A DNA stretch of 64,000 nucleotides from Lytechinus pictus (Eukaryota): assembly GCF_037042905.1 (NCBI RefSeq), contig NC_087251.1:26660001-26724000 (forward strand). The letters run 5' to 3'. The translations under genes were made by a program, and so were the position numbers. The number at the start of each line of letters is the position of its first letter. Position 1 is the stretch's first letter. Below the pieces are notes generated by a model that made no database searches, had not been told where the DNA came from, and worked only from the letters and a program-made list of their open reading frames with translations. Shown here in pieces: positions 39,442 to 53,174 of the stretch.

Positions 39442-40024
39442 AGGGATGGTCCGGGCTGAAAATATTCATATCTTATTACATAGAGTAGAATTCACTGAGC
39501 AAAATGCCGACAATTTCATCAAAATCGAATAAAAAAATAATAAAGTTATTGAAGTTTATAATTCAGCAATATTTTGTGAAAACAGTCGTCATGAATATTC
39601 ATTAGGTGGGCTGATGATGTCACATCCCCACTTTCCGTTTTCTTATGTTATTACATCAAATCGTATTTTTTTCATTATTTCATACTTGTGTGAATAATAT
39701 GTCTCCCTTGTAATGAAATAAGTTGCAGCAATAAATATTTAATGCACTAAATCAGTTGTCAATCCAATTTTTCTAGTTCTTGGAGGAAAAAATTTGAATA
39801 AACCTTATTCCATATAATAAAATACAAAAGAACAAGTGGGGATGTGACATCATCAGCCCACCTAATGAATATTCATGACGACTGTTTTCACAAAATATTG
39901 CTAAACTTTAAAATTCAATAACTTTGTTATTTGTTATCCGATTTTGATGAAATTTTCGGCATTTTGCTCAATGAATTCTACTCTATTTATTAAGCTATAA
40001 ATACTTTCAGCCCGGACCATCCAT
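39442..40024 (+). mobile_element. 583-bp TTAA-flanked MITE with ~190-bp terminal inverted repeats (Kolobok-like)
   Basis: TTAA|agggatggtccgggctgaaa ... tttcagcccggaccatccat|TTAA. Arms 39442-39631 and 39835-40024 are nearly reverse-complementary. TTAA target duplication with RR..YY termini is the Kolobok signature (the right end has one substitution). Confidence 0.85.
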
Positions 40025-41246
40025 TTAATGACGTAGCAGTACTACTATCGACAAAGGGGACATACAAAGATCCAATTTATACTAAATTTCACACTTGGAT
40101 ATTGATGTCTAGGCTTATTTTGGTTATGAATATTGAGAGGGAATATGCCATTCGAGCCTGCTTTTGATCGGTCCTGGTTTAACGCTTTGAATGAAATAGT
40201 TCGTTCACTCGTATTTTTTGAATAAGTTGAATAACCTTTTAATTTCATAAATTTTACACGAAATTCTTATACCATTGTCAAATTGGAATTCGATTATAAT
40301 TGATAATACTAGTGGAAGATCAAAAGATAGCAAGAGAAGAGTTTTTATTCATCCCTAAAGCGCATTGGCAGACCAAAACAAACTTTCTTACTCTAGCATG
40401 CATGGAGAGGGGCGCTCCTAAATAAAACCAGGGAGTTGTTGTTTCCCACCCTCCTACATCTGAACAAATCTGAGGTCATAGGTCACAGAGCCAGCCCAAG
40501 AAGGACGGCAAGATGAAGTGTCGAAGGATGTCTCCTAACTCATCTGTCTGACCCCAAACTCCGACCTCAGAATTCCTCCCGAATTGAAACTTGTTACCAG
40601 ACGTGACAGAAATAGATATTCCAGTTAAAGGTGAGAAATAACTTTTCAAGTGTCTTTTGGGTAGGAAATCACCATGGAAACACTGTTTGTATAGGAGTAA
40701 TCACTTGGCCAACACTCTCCGAAAAATAATGTTCAGTCAGAAAATTTGTATTTGTATCATTTTTGTGTGGTCTTGTACACCCAATCCTCTGAGCCTTTCA
40801 ACTATTTGGTGGTGATATGTGATCAATAAATTTTATACAGCTTGCACATTGCTATTTGCGCCTAAAGACTACTTCCGAAGAAGTAAAATTTTGAAGTACA
40901 GTGGTGAACGAAACAAGGATTTTATATGATTATAATCATATTGCAAAGTCCCCAAGTTTTGAAAAATTGATGAACTCTTTGGGAACAGAAAAGTGTTTGG
41001 TAACTTGTTCCAAGCAGTGCCTTCAGGGTGGCGATTATTGATATAATAGTATGCCATGCTAGGATCGGGGCCTAGGATTGTGCCGTTTCAGCGATCATAA
41101 TGTTTTTTTCAGTCTCAAAAAAAACTTTTTAATTGGCCACCTTGACTTTCAAATCGGTTACTCCTTTTCCAATTTCATTATCTATTATATTACATAATAT
41201 TACATTATGATAGGGTTGGTCAGTTGGCTCCAATAATCGCGTACTA

Positions 41247-41478
41247 TACTCTAAATTACAGGGATTTAAAATAAGTCCAGATGGACTGTAGCTAGGGACC
41301 AATCGATTTCTGAATTTAGTTTTAATCCTAACGACTTAAATTTAAATCTCAAATTATTTAAATTTAAATCTTTCGAGATTTAAAAATGAATCTTAAGGAT
41401 TCAAACTAAATCCGGAATTCGATTGGTCCCTAACTACAGTCCATGTGGACTTGTTTTAAATCCCTGTAATTTAGAGTG
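41247..41478. mobile_element. 232-bp hairpin MITE with (C)ACTCTAAA...TTTAGAGTG termini
   Basis: actctaaattacagggatttaaaataagtccagatggactgtagctagggaccaatcga is mirrored by tcgattggtccctaactacagtccatgtggacttgttttaaatccctgtaatttagagt. Confidence 0.8.
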
Positions 41479-43735
41479 ATATAGACCACACATTGCCATG
41501 CATTTTGGCTTATGTCGCCCTCACATATTTGAAATGACACCGAATGGAGGTAATGTGGGAAATTTAATGAAAGTAGGCCTTTATAAAATACAGAACCTAT
41601 GGGCCTACAATCATCCAATTTTATGCATCAGCGTGATCAGTAATAATTTCATTTCGGTTCATATCGCACTAGAATGACATAAGCCAGTTAACCAAAGACT
41701 GACAGAGAAGTGTGGAAGTACATAACACTATTAATTAGGCATGTACTGCTGCCTATAACTTAACCCCTTCAATGTTGTAAAACAAAATAATTAGCAGATT
41801 TAACGTGAAAGCACTTTAGGTGTGCAGAATGTGGCCATAATAACGCTGTTGGCGGTGAATAAATGATCATTCATTCATCATTCATAATAGAGGGGGTTTA
41901 CATTTAGAATACTATAAATCATTATTTCGCGTATGGAATGCCAATAAATATAATGTTCACACTCTATGATTATTGATGGACAATAACGGAATGAAAAGCG
42001 ATGTGTACCACCCAAGCACAGAACACGATTGATCATGCCCTGTGGATAGGATAAGCAGGCTTTTTGGTTTAACTTCTGAGCTTTTCATTCAGACTAAAAC
42101 AACATGTTCCATGGGAAAGTTACTTGATAGGAAGTTTTCTTTTTTCATGAATCCCGAGCTCTCGATTTGTTTTGCCTTTGACTTCATCATCTATCTTCAG
42201 CAAAAGTTTAGAGCAACTTGACTGGAAACCCTCCACGCCCCCTGGGTGCGTTATAATGCATCTTATGCCAACCCAGACACGTAACGTCAAGATACTTGGA
42301 GAGAAACTAAATAGATTCATGCCGAGGACGTACTTTCACGAATCTTTAAAATTTTCGTGTTTTTTTTTTCTACGTATAGGAAAACAAGTTAGCTTTAGTG
42401 AAAAAATAGAATTTAATTCTCTTTTGGACCGCGTGGAGCGAGGCCAACCTAATCCATAACCCCTTCGATCACGCTGTGCATTCATACTACACAAGCAAAC
42501 ATTCAACAAGTAGTAGCAGGCAGGGCGTGTCAATGGACCGTACCATTCATAATGAAGGGAGTTCGAAAGTATTGCTGTCGGAATCCTTCCAACTCCGCCT
42601 ACGGAAGTCAGTGTTTCTTTGAGTAAACATTTACTTAACATAACCCAAGATTTTATCTGATAATAGGGTATATCTGATTATCAAAATGTCTGCAAATTTT
42701 TGAACAAACAAGGCAAACCCATTTCTGTTGCAATTTTGGGTACATACATACACCCCACAAATGGAAGTGTCCTGCGTGCTCAGTGGGTATGAAAGGCAAC
42801 TATTCTTCACAAACCGCAAAGAATAGATGAAGTCTTTTGAGTATTGCCAAAAAAGTATAATAGAGTGGGGGAATAGAAAACAACATCGCTTTTCACTGTG
42901 TATGCACAACCCAAGGCCAAAAATGGACGCCATTGTGGTGCTTTACGATACTTGAGATTGGAAGCCATCGACATTAAGTTTCTACGACATATATATACAA
43001 AGTTTTCCAGTGATGGTCCAAGAGTGGTATCTTTGATTATATCCGCCAGGAATATGCCCCCTCCCACCTTGCTCCTCACGTGCTACATAGTGTGGTATAT
43101 AGCATTCACAAAAGTTCTTTAAAAATACTTAGTAAAAATATAATAATGATTTTGCCTTAATATGCCCACAATGTATTCACAACATAACTTCCGCTGATAA
43201 TGTGTGCGCGCAAAAAGTTGTACCAAACTTTTAAACTAATAAACAGTTTGGTGAAATTTGTTTACGTACCTAAGCGAATAGAAGATGTTAAAGATCCCCG
43301 GCAGCACTGCATAATGGTTTCCAAAATGTTGGTATCATCGGAAAAGTGGCTTTGCGAGCCCCCACTCATATTGCACAAGATGGGATGGGCTTATCCCTCG
43401 GTATTGTGATCCTCGCTAAACCGCGACATTCCTTTTAACTGCTCAACTATAGGTCGCCCCAGCACTAATTACACAAAGCACCCATTTTCATTTCTCTTCA
43501 AATCGACTCTTTTTTCTGCTTGTGTGAAGCGAAGCGAGTCTTGTGAAGCACAACGTGAATTGAAAGTTTGATTGTGTCTAAGTCCAGACTCATCATGCAT
43601 AGGACCTTCAGTGGTTACATTTACCCCCCCCCCCTTCTCCTTTATCTATACACCCTATAAGCCATTGTGGTGGACCTCAGTAATCCCCGGATAAATTATA
43701 CTAAGGAATGGTGATGAAAATAGGATATTATTTAC

Positions 43736-44051
43736 CTCCTTCTGCGCTCAATCCTGCTCCCAGTCCGACGCCCACGCCCACTCCAGCCCCGGCACCAGCT
43801 GATGTGTCGATATCCATGTCGATGTTGGGCTTCTCGGCTTCCACACTGACATGTGCGCCCGCTTCGGCTCCTCGTCCTCCTCGTTGCTTACTTCGTCGTT
43901 CCCGGCCCGATCGACGAAATGAGTTCCGAAGAACACGATTGAAACTTAGCTTTCTCTTCTTCTTAGCAGGCTCCCCCGCCGCCACATCGGCATCCACAGA
44001 GGCTGACGCCGATGCCTCGACCGAAAAACTTGCCGAGGCTTTATTCCCCAT
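43736..44051 (-). CDS. First coding exon (105 codons + 1 nt): N-myristoylation signal MGNKAS and basic MARCKS-effector-like segment
   Basis: ATG in strong context (AGC ATG G) with an in-frame upstream TAA at 44081-44079. Donor GGA G|GTAAAT at 43735, phase 1, compatible with exon 28184. The peptide ends in EKPNIDMDID and GAGVGVG, matching the giant-exon style. Confidence 0.85.
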
Positions 44052-44261
44052 GCTGCTCGCTCGAGTGATCCAAACTAATTACAGCATGTATAGTTTGTCG
44101 AGTTACTCGTCTGGTTAGCAGTTGTTTTGTCACACGTTGATGCTGGTTCAGTTTAGTGTCCAAGCACTGGGTGAAGTCTCGATTAGGTTGACGAAGATTC
44201 ACGGGCTCGAGTGCGATCAGGAGTGGATGGACGACGCTGTGTTTTCACAGCCCTTGAAGAC
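44052..44261 (-). other. 5' UTR part of the first coding exon, containing a minimal uORF (ATG CTG TAA, 44087-44079)
   Basis: Polypyrimidine tract and acceptor (tccttatcccgttttcttctctgcattgaaatcctacAG|G; AG at 44263-44262) imply an upstream non-coding exon. Confidence 0.6.
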
Positions 44262-46937
44262 CTGTAGGATTTCAATGCAGAGAAGAAAACGGGATAAGGA
44301 TTGAATGCGGGGGTGTGCGGGGAGAGGCTTTGCTTGTATTCACAAACCATAGACTTTTATGCGCAGACAATACCCTTCGTACCAACTCTTTTTTTTTCGA
44401 AGGGGCTTTTGACAATGTATTTTCAATGAAGAATGATTGGTGCGGAGCGGGCGACCTCGCTGTAGTCAACTGCTATTCAATAGCGAGGGCAATAAAAATC
44501 AGATTAAAATGTATCTAAATGACTGTAACTATTAATCAGAACTATATATTCAAATACTACCACAAATCGAAATGAAATAATTCGCAAGATTTTTATCGAT
44601 GCATTCCAAATGTTGCATCATGTACATGATCAAATAAAAGCTGTAAAAAAATAACAATCGGCGAGATTACTCAACATCCTCACCACTAAGTACTTGATTC
44701 GACGTCCATCAAAAACGACATCAGCATCGAGAGCGATCAAAAGAGCAAAACATCTTCAATTAACCGACATTCTCATGGAACATCCTGACACACTATCCCC
44801 TGGAACTCTGGAAGCCTACTATCCGAGCAGAGACATGAAGCACACGCTATACACCCACAGCACTTCCTTATGTACTAAACTTGAAGCCCGACACTAAATC
44901 AAACACCATCCAACACGAATGAAAGAGTGAGAGAATAGAGGCAAACTAAAGAAGAGAGACAAGAAAAGCTGCGATGACTTGCCTTTGTTTACTTAATAGA
45001 ACAAAACCCACCTCGGAGTTGTGGACACATGAGACTGTACGTCTTTTAATGGCCATGCCAGACGAGACACCATTGGTACAATGAATGATAATAATGAAAG
45101 AATCATCATAAGAAAGCAAACTGTAGCCTTGTGCAAGAATCTATTAACACTCTTGAGCGCGATTATTACCAGAGAACGTAAGGCTATAATAATACAGGTC
45201 CACGAAGTAACAACAAGCCTTTCAAATACAGCAATAAATACGCACTTTAACAGTATTTAAGACTTTTTGAACTTATGAAAGAAATAATCAATCTGTACAG
45301 TTAATAAAAATCTATTTCATATTTTTGCCCGTGAAGTTACGTTGTAGGACTATGGTCATCAACATGTTGGGATTACGAAAAGAATATTCAACCTTTCAAG
45401 GCAATTTATTAAAGTTTGGAAAGGGGCTCCATACGACTCTAAATCATCGTACATTGCATTCTTACCTTACTATTCATTGACTGGACTACCAGGTCAAATG
45501 GTTTTGTGATGAAAAGAGGAGAGAGAAATCTGTGTGCACAGCGCGCGGCAATGACCTAGCTCCAGAGAACTATTCATCGATTCTTTACCATGGTAACGGG
45601 TGGAACCCGAGTACAGCGTGGGATCGCAACAGGGAGAGATGGATGGAAAGAAGGAGAGAGGGAAGAGGAGACTGGGTGGGGTTGGAGAAGTAAAGATACT
45701 GATGTTTGGGTATACCACTTTTCAACACATGGATAGTTGGTTTGCAGTTCTAACATAATTGAACATGGAGCTATGCTGGCACTAGTACTGGTCTCCTAAT
45801 TCCCAAACATGTTCACATCATCCCCACATTGTCTACATAACCATGCATGCAACGTCTTCACATCATAACATCCACACAATGTCTCATCAGCATTTCCACA
45901 TTTTTTCTTCACCATCACGCACCTCTCCGCATCACCATTCATGCATCTCCAAAAGTATCGGCATCAGCACAACGTCCCAAAAACGTTATCAAACAGTTTT
46001 AACACCGTTTATGCACCGATATACCAATATGACATGGCTGCCGATCTCGATTGGTCTCGTTGTTCACAAATGACATCATTTCCTATCGTTAAAACAAAAT
46101 TTTACATGGACCCCAAGAGGCCCTAAACCGTGTCAACATCGTGATATACTGAATAAATATTTACAAACGTCTAACAACTTTGTAAAATTACAGCTCGTTT
46201 AATAGGCGGATGCAGCACCGCGTTGACCGTTATCTCTTGTAATTTAAACTAATCTTATCTACAAATTTGATAATCGAACCAACACTTTCATGATTTATCC
46301 CATTTTTTCGATTTTCTTACATTTTGAAAAGTAAAGGGCATGGAAATATGTTAAGATGAATGAAACATGCATTACACAGCTCTAGCGGAAAATTTACACG
46401 TGTGAATTACACCAATCTGTGGCTTATACCATATTGAAAATGGCCTTCTTGTTAGTTGCTCGAAGCACCTCGCATTAAATTGCAATGATCGGGACTACAG
46501 AAATGGAGGAGCAAGAATCATGGGCAAACACTCCGGGGTTAGAGGTCATCTTGCTTTGTTCGAATTATGTCGTTATTTGATCACGAACATGGACTGGTTT
46601 GTCAGAAGATCTGCAGTTGAAATGAGCCGTGTTGCTGAGCTGAAATTGAGATGGAAATGTGTTTCCAATACGTGTGATGATATTTCATAGTGATGTGATG
46701 TTAATTTATCATAAATGTGTGGGTGTGTCAGACTCTTCCGCCCCTCACTTTTTCCCTTTTTTACGGTTAGCATTGTCAGTTACCATCAAGAGACTTGTAT
46801 CTTAGATATCGCAGACCAATAAAGCTAACAAAATTCGTTATTTACTGTTTGATATTGATCATAATGATTGTTTGAGCAACAGAACTTATACTAGATTAGA
46901 CACTGATGCAGGGTACACGGCTCCAGCGGCATGATGA

Positions 46938-47151
46938 NNNNNNNNNNNNNNNNNNNNNNNNNNNNNNNNNNNNNNNNNNNNNNNNNNNNNNNNNNNNNNN
47001 NNNNNNNNNNNNNNNNNNNNNNNNNNNNNNNNNNNNNNNNNNNNNNNNNNNNNNNNNNNNNNNNNNNNNNNNNNNNNNNNNNNNNNNNNNNNNNNNNNNN
47101 NNNNNNNNNNNNNNNNNNNNNNNNNNNNNNNNNNNNNNNNNNNNNNNNNNN
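46938..47151. other. Assembly gap (214 N)
   Basis: Run of N. Confidence 1.
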
Positions 47152-50100
47152 AGTGGAGAGACCCATAAATACAAAGATCCGGGACAAAGATACGAACACT
47201 TTCCCTCAACCTATTGGAAAGTGGTATATCGGCAATAGCTCACGGTCAGATATTCAGGTCTATTTCTATTCCGTATTTCATATTACCTACACGAGGAGCT
47301 ACTTCCATTCATGTTATTTGTTCTCATGGAGATGGGGAATCCACCCACTTTACTGCCTCAAACCCAAATCAATTCGAAGGTATCTCGTGTCACAAGAGAC
47401 CGATTTGTCAGTAAGCCCACCTTAATCGGAGAGACGTGCCGATTTGCCGAACGTTCACCGACTGAAAACGGCGATCTAAAGAATGGCCATCTTAAAAACT
47501 CTTCATTCATGTACGTAAGCGGTTTAGAAAATATTTGTGCTCATTTTAATAATTTTGAATACTTTTAGAATTGAAAAAAATAATAATAACATTCCAATGT
47601 GGTGTTTACAAGATTTTTCCAACTTCAACTATCATGACTATCCATTTGTCCATATAAACATACCCATGTTCCATTGGTGGTCCTCTTGAATCCCTGTGTC
47701 AATAGGCCGTGGTATATAAGCAAGGTTTTTTTACGACCACATATTTATTTCATTTTGCTATCCTCAAATATTTGATTTCATATGATTTGGTTCGGAGCGT
47801 GGGGTTAGAAGGTAAGTTTACTTTGCTACCATTTCCTGCCATGAGGCTATTGCCAAACTGTTTCCTCAAAATCTTGGCGTGGGCGAGCTGATTACACATT
47901 TTTTCCCCCCTTTTTAATAAGTTATCTTACCACTATCGTATACCTACTTGTTGGGTTGCATATCGATTAAAAGAACAACACCTCTCGATAAAAACCGAAT
48001 CTTACCCCTAGTGCTTTTAATTAAACACCCAAAATGCCTATACAACATATTTAAATAATATGGTCATGCCCTTCTTACAAACCCCTCAGACAATCAAATG
48101 AAAACATTTGTTTATAAGACGTATAATAGGGAACATGTTTCCATTTCTTCCATTTTTTCTTTCTTCCTTTTGACATAACCCTCCGTAGTTAGCATTTGCC
48201 TTTATTGTTAAATGAAACTTATCGAATCGATATTTCTTTAGACAATTATTATCAACTATGGGAAATATTCTAGAGATAGGCGTGGCATTTTATTTACAAT
48301 GAATGCTACCTACAAACGGTCTGGAAGTGAAAGTTGTATTCGGGGTCACGGAAACAATGTCAGGGTGACGAATCTGTTCCCCAAGCTCACTACATGAGCT
48401 GTTTTTTCTCATGTTTTCTTTTTCGATGCCCACCACCCCTCCTCCCCTCCCTCCTGAAACAAAAATAAAGGAACGGAAACTCTAATATGAAACAGTAGGA
48501 GATATGATAGATCATGGCGTGGAGAAAACAACTGCTAAAGAAAACCTTTCAGTTTCACCCAGAGTATACTGAGACACAACATTGCTTCAAATATCAAAAC
48601 ATGACTCCCAACTCTCAAAGACAAAGTTGCCCATTCTCATTATTAAACATTATACATATGCATTGTATTGTGATAAACATTTTGTGAGTATTGAGACACT
48701 GATAGCAATAAACTTGGTGGAAGCACTGCTTAAAAAAAAAATGTGCATTATATACACACAAGTTGGCTAAAAGAAACGTGGATGTTTGTCGGGTAAAATA
48801 TGAAAATGTGTATGGGTAAATTATCACGTACCAACCATGTTTTACCCAACCAACATTCAGGTACCCTTCTTAACCATTACAATACTGTGTAAAATGTGAA
48901 GAGAGAGTTAAGAGTGGCGAGATGTACGTTGTGATAGTCACACACACCTCACATATGAATGAGAATGGAAATGATCATAAGGGTATCGTAGCTCCATGAA
49001 ATTGAAAAAAATAAAATAAATAAAAGTTGCGTATTCCTCTTGATATCAAAGTGAAAACAACTCACTGGTGGTACAATGTTTTCGCCATTACCCAATCTCA
49101 TTTTGTCCTTGGAAGTTGGATATACGATACACACTTTGCAGAAGCTTTGTTTTTACTTTAAATCCTAAACATGGAATCGATCTCCCCAATCCTGACAAAC
49201 ACACAAATGTAAATATTTAGATTCTATGTACCTCCAATGATTTCAAATTTCATCCTACTATTTCTAGACCTCATTGCGAGGTGACGTTTACAATACCGTT
49301 TAACCAATGCACTTAGTGACAAGCATTATTACGGACACGCATATGTCTTACTTTCCTTAATTAATCACCATAACATCATCCTAAATAGAATTAAAATAGA
49401 TATGAGCTTAAATGAAACTACACACTTTTAATAGCTAACGAACTCCCTGTAATGCAACAACATAGAAATAGAATACACACTTTTCGCTCTATGAGTATAT
49501 TCAGATAACAGTATGGGATCATTTACACAGCGTTGTATCACATTTAAGACAATTAAAAAAAAAGATCATTCACATTACGAAATAAACCATCTTTCAAAAC
49601 CGCTTAATCTTCACATCCTCAGATATTTGATAATAATTCAATAGATAATATTCATCTCGAAATTATAATCGGAAAGTTATGTTCTTTAACAATATTTGCT
49701 AACTGTAAAGACGAAATATGTTAAGTATTGGTAATAATTGTATCCATCTCTCCCATTTACTTTCAATAGCTGTTCGCCAAGCTGGGACACACTGCCTCAA
49801 ATCATACGCATTGCATCCCATTCCAAGAGACAACACTTATGTAAGCAAGCAAATAACATTTTAAGAGAAGCTCATGAATGGACTTAAATCTCCTCTGGAG
49901 CTTCTCATCAAAAGACGACCTTCGCCATTCGACGAAATCTTCTCTCCCGACAGCGTATTATCGGACACAGTCCTTCGATTTGATAGCGATTTTCTTTCGT
50001 CAAGACTCCAGACAAAAACACAAAATTCCTTTATATTTCTAAATTTTTATCAAATGCAAATACGCCTGATGCTCCCGATTCAGCCATACTTTTGCTCACA

Positions 50101-53100
50101 TTTTTCAGAGATGCTATGAGTGTGACCTTGCAGCTTCGTGATCACGTGACAACGTGCTACAGTCATTACCATGAGCCGATTACACGCCATATGTGTACAA
50201 GCAGAAGTGCACGAAGTGTGTTTTCATGACAAAGCGTAACGAGACAGCAAATCGTAGAAAGTCAGACAAAACAAGGCCAAATGATAAAATGAATATGAAG
50301 GGTAATATAAGAATGATATTCACTCATAAAAAGAATCGTTTCACCATCAATCATTTTCTCATTTGAATACTATTCAAAGTTGATGATAGAAGACAAAATG
50401 GAGAAAGTTTCTTGAAGTTGGAGGAAGACAAAGGACGTTGCGGGACTTTTAACATTATATCCGCGTAATTTCATGAAACACAACAACGCAAAGTGTCGAT
50501 TTTATTGTAATAACCGGGAACTTATCTTCTCGACTGGAGTTTACCTTCAACAAGGTCATAATTAGGATTTACATAACATTTTACATGATTTTTTTCTTAC
50601 AAACTTTGTTGTTAACTCTATTCAATCTATTTCACTACAAGCCCAGAATAGTGAATACACGATTTCACAGTAGGTCTAACTCCACTCCCTTATTTACTCA
50701 CTGTGTTTTTCCTTTTCCAAACCCTCGATTATAATGGCAGTACATGGATTATTGAAGAGGCAATTAATACAAGTAGTTTATTGACATAATGCTCAGGATA
50801 AATGTTCCATTGCGCATAATCATAATCACGCTTCAGTCATTACAAAATCCCTTATTCTTTTTAGAATAGTATCACGGAAAGCTTTCAAAATGGACTGGTT
50901 TATTTGAAAAACTGAGTGTGGAAGCAAAACAGGCTCTTTATTATGTTGAGAAACATGCATGGAAGAGGTGTGATAGAAATCATGGAGTGTTAGAAAGATG
51001 GAGGAAGGAATGGATGAGTGAAGGACATTGACGGAAAGAGACAGATATAGAAATAGATAGAAACAGACAAAGAAATGACGAAGGGGTGGTAAATGAAAGA
51101 GGAGGGGTATAAATGAACAAATGAAGTGCCCAAAGAAATGATGTTAAAGAATTACATAGCAATTATATGCATGATTCTTAATAGAGCAACACATTCACAC
51201 TTAGACAAATATCAACATCATTTAAGTTCATGATGTTTTAATAAAGGAAATGATTTCCATTAAAAATCACAGAGTTCAGCATTTTACAAATTGAATCCAA
51301 GATTATATCACTTTGTGTAACAAAAGGGGAAAATAGTTTCAACTTGATATTGTTTTGGTTGAATAACTTCGATTTCGTCTGGTATCCGTATTGCAAATAC
51401 AATTAATATTTTGAACAAAAGCCATGGTTACGAGCATTGACGAGTGGGGTGGAGGTATTAATCTATTACGCACGAGTCAATTTAAAATAGCTAACAATGA
51501 TTAGTCACCGTCCATGCCTCATTGCTTCTCATATTTTCGATATATTCTCATGAGGAAATGATTCTTTAAAATCTGACATTCGAGAATAGATCTAACGAGG
51601 TCCTTGGTGCATTTTAAATTAATATTGCACCGAAAAAGAACACATTGCCCCAAAACAAAATTTCATTTTATTAGCTTACATTTGAAATAAATGTACTGCT
51701 GAAGTTCTTGTGCGAGTTTATCCAAATTGAAAACTAGAATACTGATGATATTCTGAACCTTTATTAAACATGGTTACAGTACACCATACACACACACACA
51801 CACACCTACAGAAATTAATCTTCCTATGAAATACAATTCCGCATTGATATATATTTCTTTTACTACGTGTTTCCACTTTTTTCTAATCATTTGACAAAAG
51901 CTTATCCTATTAAACTTCCTGTACAAAACTACTCAGCCAAAACAAGTGGTTTTTCGCTTCTAGTCTATTGTGTTGTGGAAACCCTTGTGCTTATACAAAC
52001 TTAATCCAAAAATAAAAGATTTTGCTCCAATGTAACTAAATCTGAAATAATGAACTATCCTATTGCTAAAAGAGTTAATTTTCAATCTCATGTTGGGGTG
52101 CGAGTTCATCATCATTCCTACATCGAGTTGTTAGCATATTCTTGACCCTCCCACCCCAGTACATTTTCAGAAATGTCAGATATAAGCCATCATTTAGTCT
52201 CTGTTGTATTCAAAATTTATAGAAAAACAAGTGATTTCGGGCTCTATTAAGAATTCTTACTGGTGTTCCACTTATTTATTTCTCGGTTGTATTCCTTTCG
52301 TAACTAACATCCATTTTCTTATGTCTACACACCAATTAGATAGACGAATATTTTCAGTGAACTCACCACCCCCTTTTACTGCCCCTCTCCTACTTTGTGT
52401 TTGGGTGCGTTATTTTCCTACATCTTTTACTCTCTACCTCTCCCCTCCCCAATGTTGGTACCCCTCCCTCTCCTTCACTTGCTATTTTTTTTATCATGTA
52501 AACTCCACGTTAAATGCAATCTAATACGACTCATTATTAATTTAAATAATTAGGTAAAGGCCAGATCTGCTGAAGATCTGAAAACATTCCAATCCTTTTT
52601 GGTAAGTGATATTTGACTATGTTCTTATATCCACAGCGAACTTTTGCAGTAGTCGTAAACTCAAACGGTTTTGGTTTTATGTTTTGACAATTTCTTAATA
52701 GCTTTTCTGTCATTACATCATCCAAACCACACCCCCTTACACTTCGATGTTCCTTAACAATTCTTTAGAACTGAATTAAAAAGGGACACACACACAATTA
52801 TTTCGAGATCATTCGGATGAGTCGCAAAAATATCTTCATTGTCATCATTTTGATACATACAATTACACAAATCACAATGGTTAACTACTTAGTATAAATG
52901 AAGGTTAATGATCCTCTGAAATATCTTTTTTCAAAAAGGAGAATAAATTTTCACTACGAGTAAGAGTTCTTAAAATATCTGAAACGCACATTTGATTAAA
53001 ACAAAACAACCAACATCTGAACCATTGTCGAAACATACACACACACACACAAACACACACGACGTTTAACAACATGAATGTATACATCTTTGTACATAAG

Positions 53101-53174
53101 AGTTTCACAATCTCTTCCGCAAATAACCCCTTCGACAGATTACTTGCACAGAAAAGTCTAGACTAGACACTCAC

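Noticed and set aside
1668-44051. Assigning the gene symbol AHNAK
   Set aside because: The similarity is confined to low-complexity repeats, and the PDZ domain is absent. Orthology cannot be established from this sequence alone.
43708-44118. 136-aa + strand ORF
   Set aside because: Antisense shadow of the first coding exon.
30700-44610. Several GGAATG/CATTCC (TEAD-like) hexamers and one CArG box (34152-34161) in the intron
   Set aside because: The counts are close to chance expectation for this length and base composition, and no conservation data are available.
46886-47425. ORFs spanning X residues
   Set aside because: Artefacts of the N gap.
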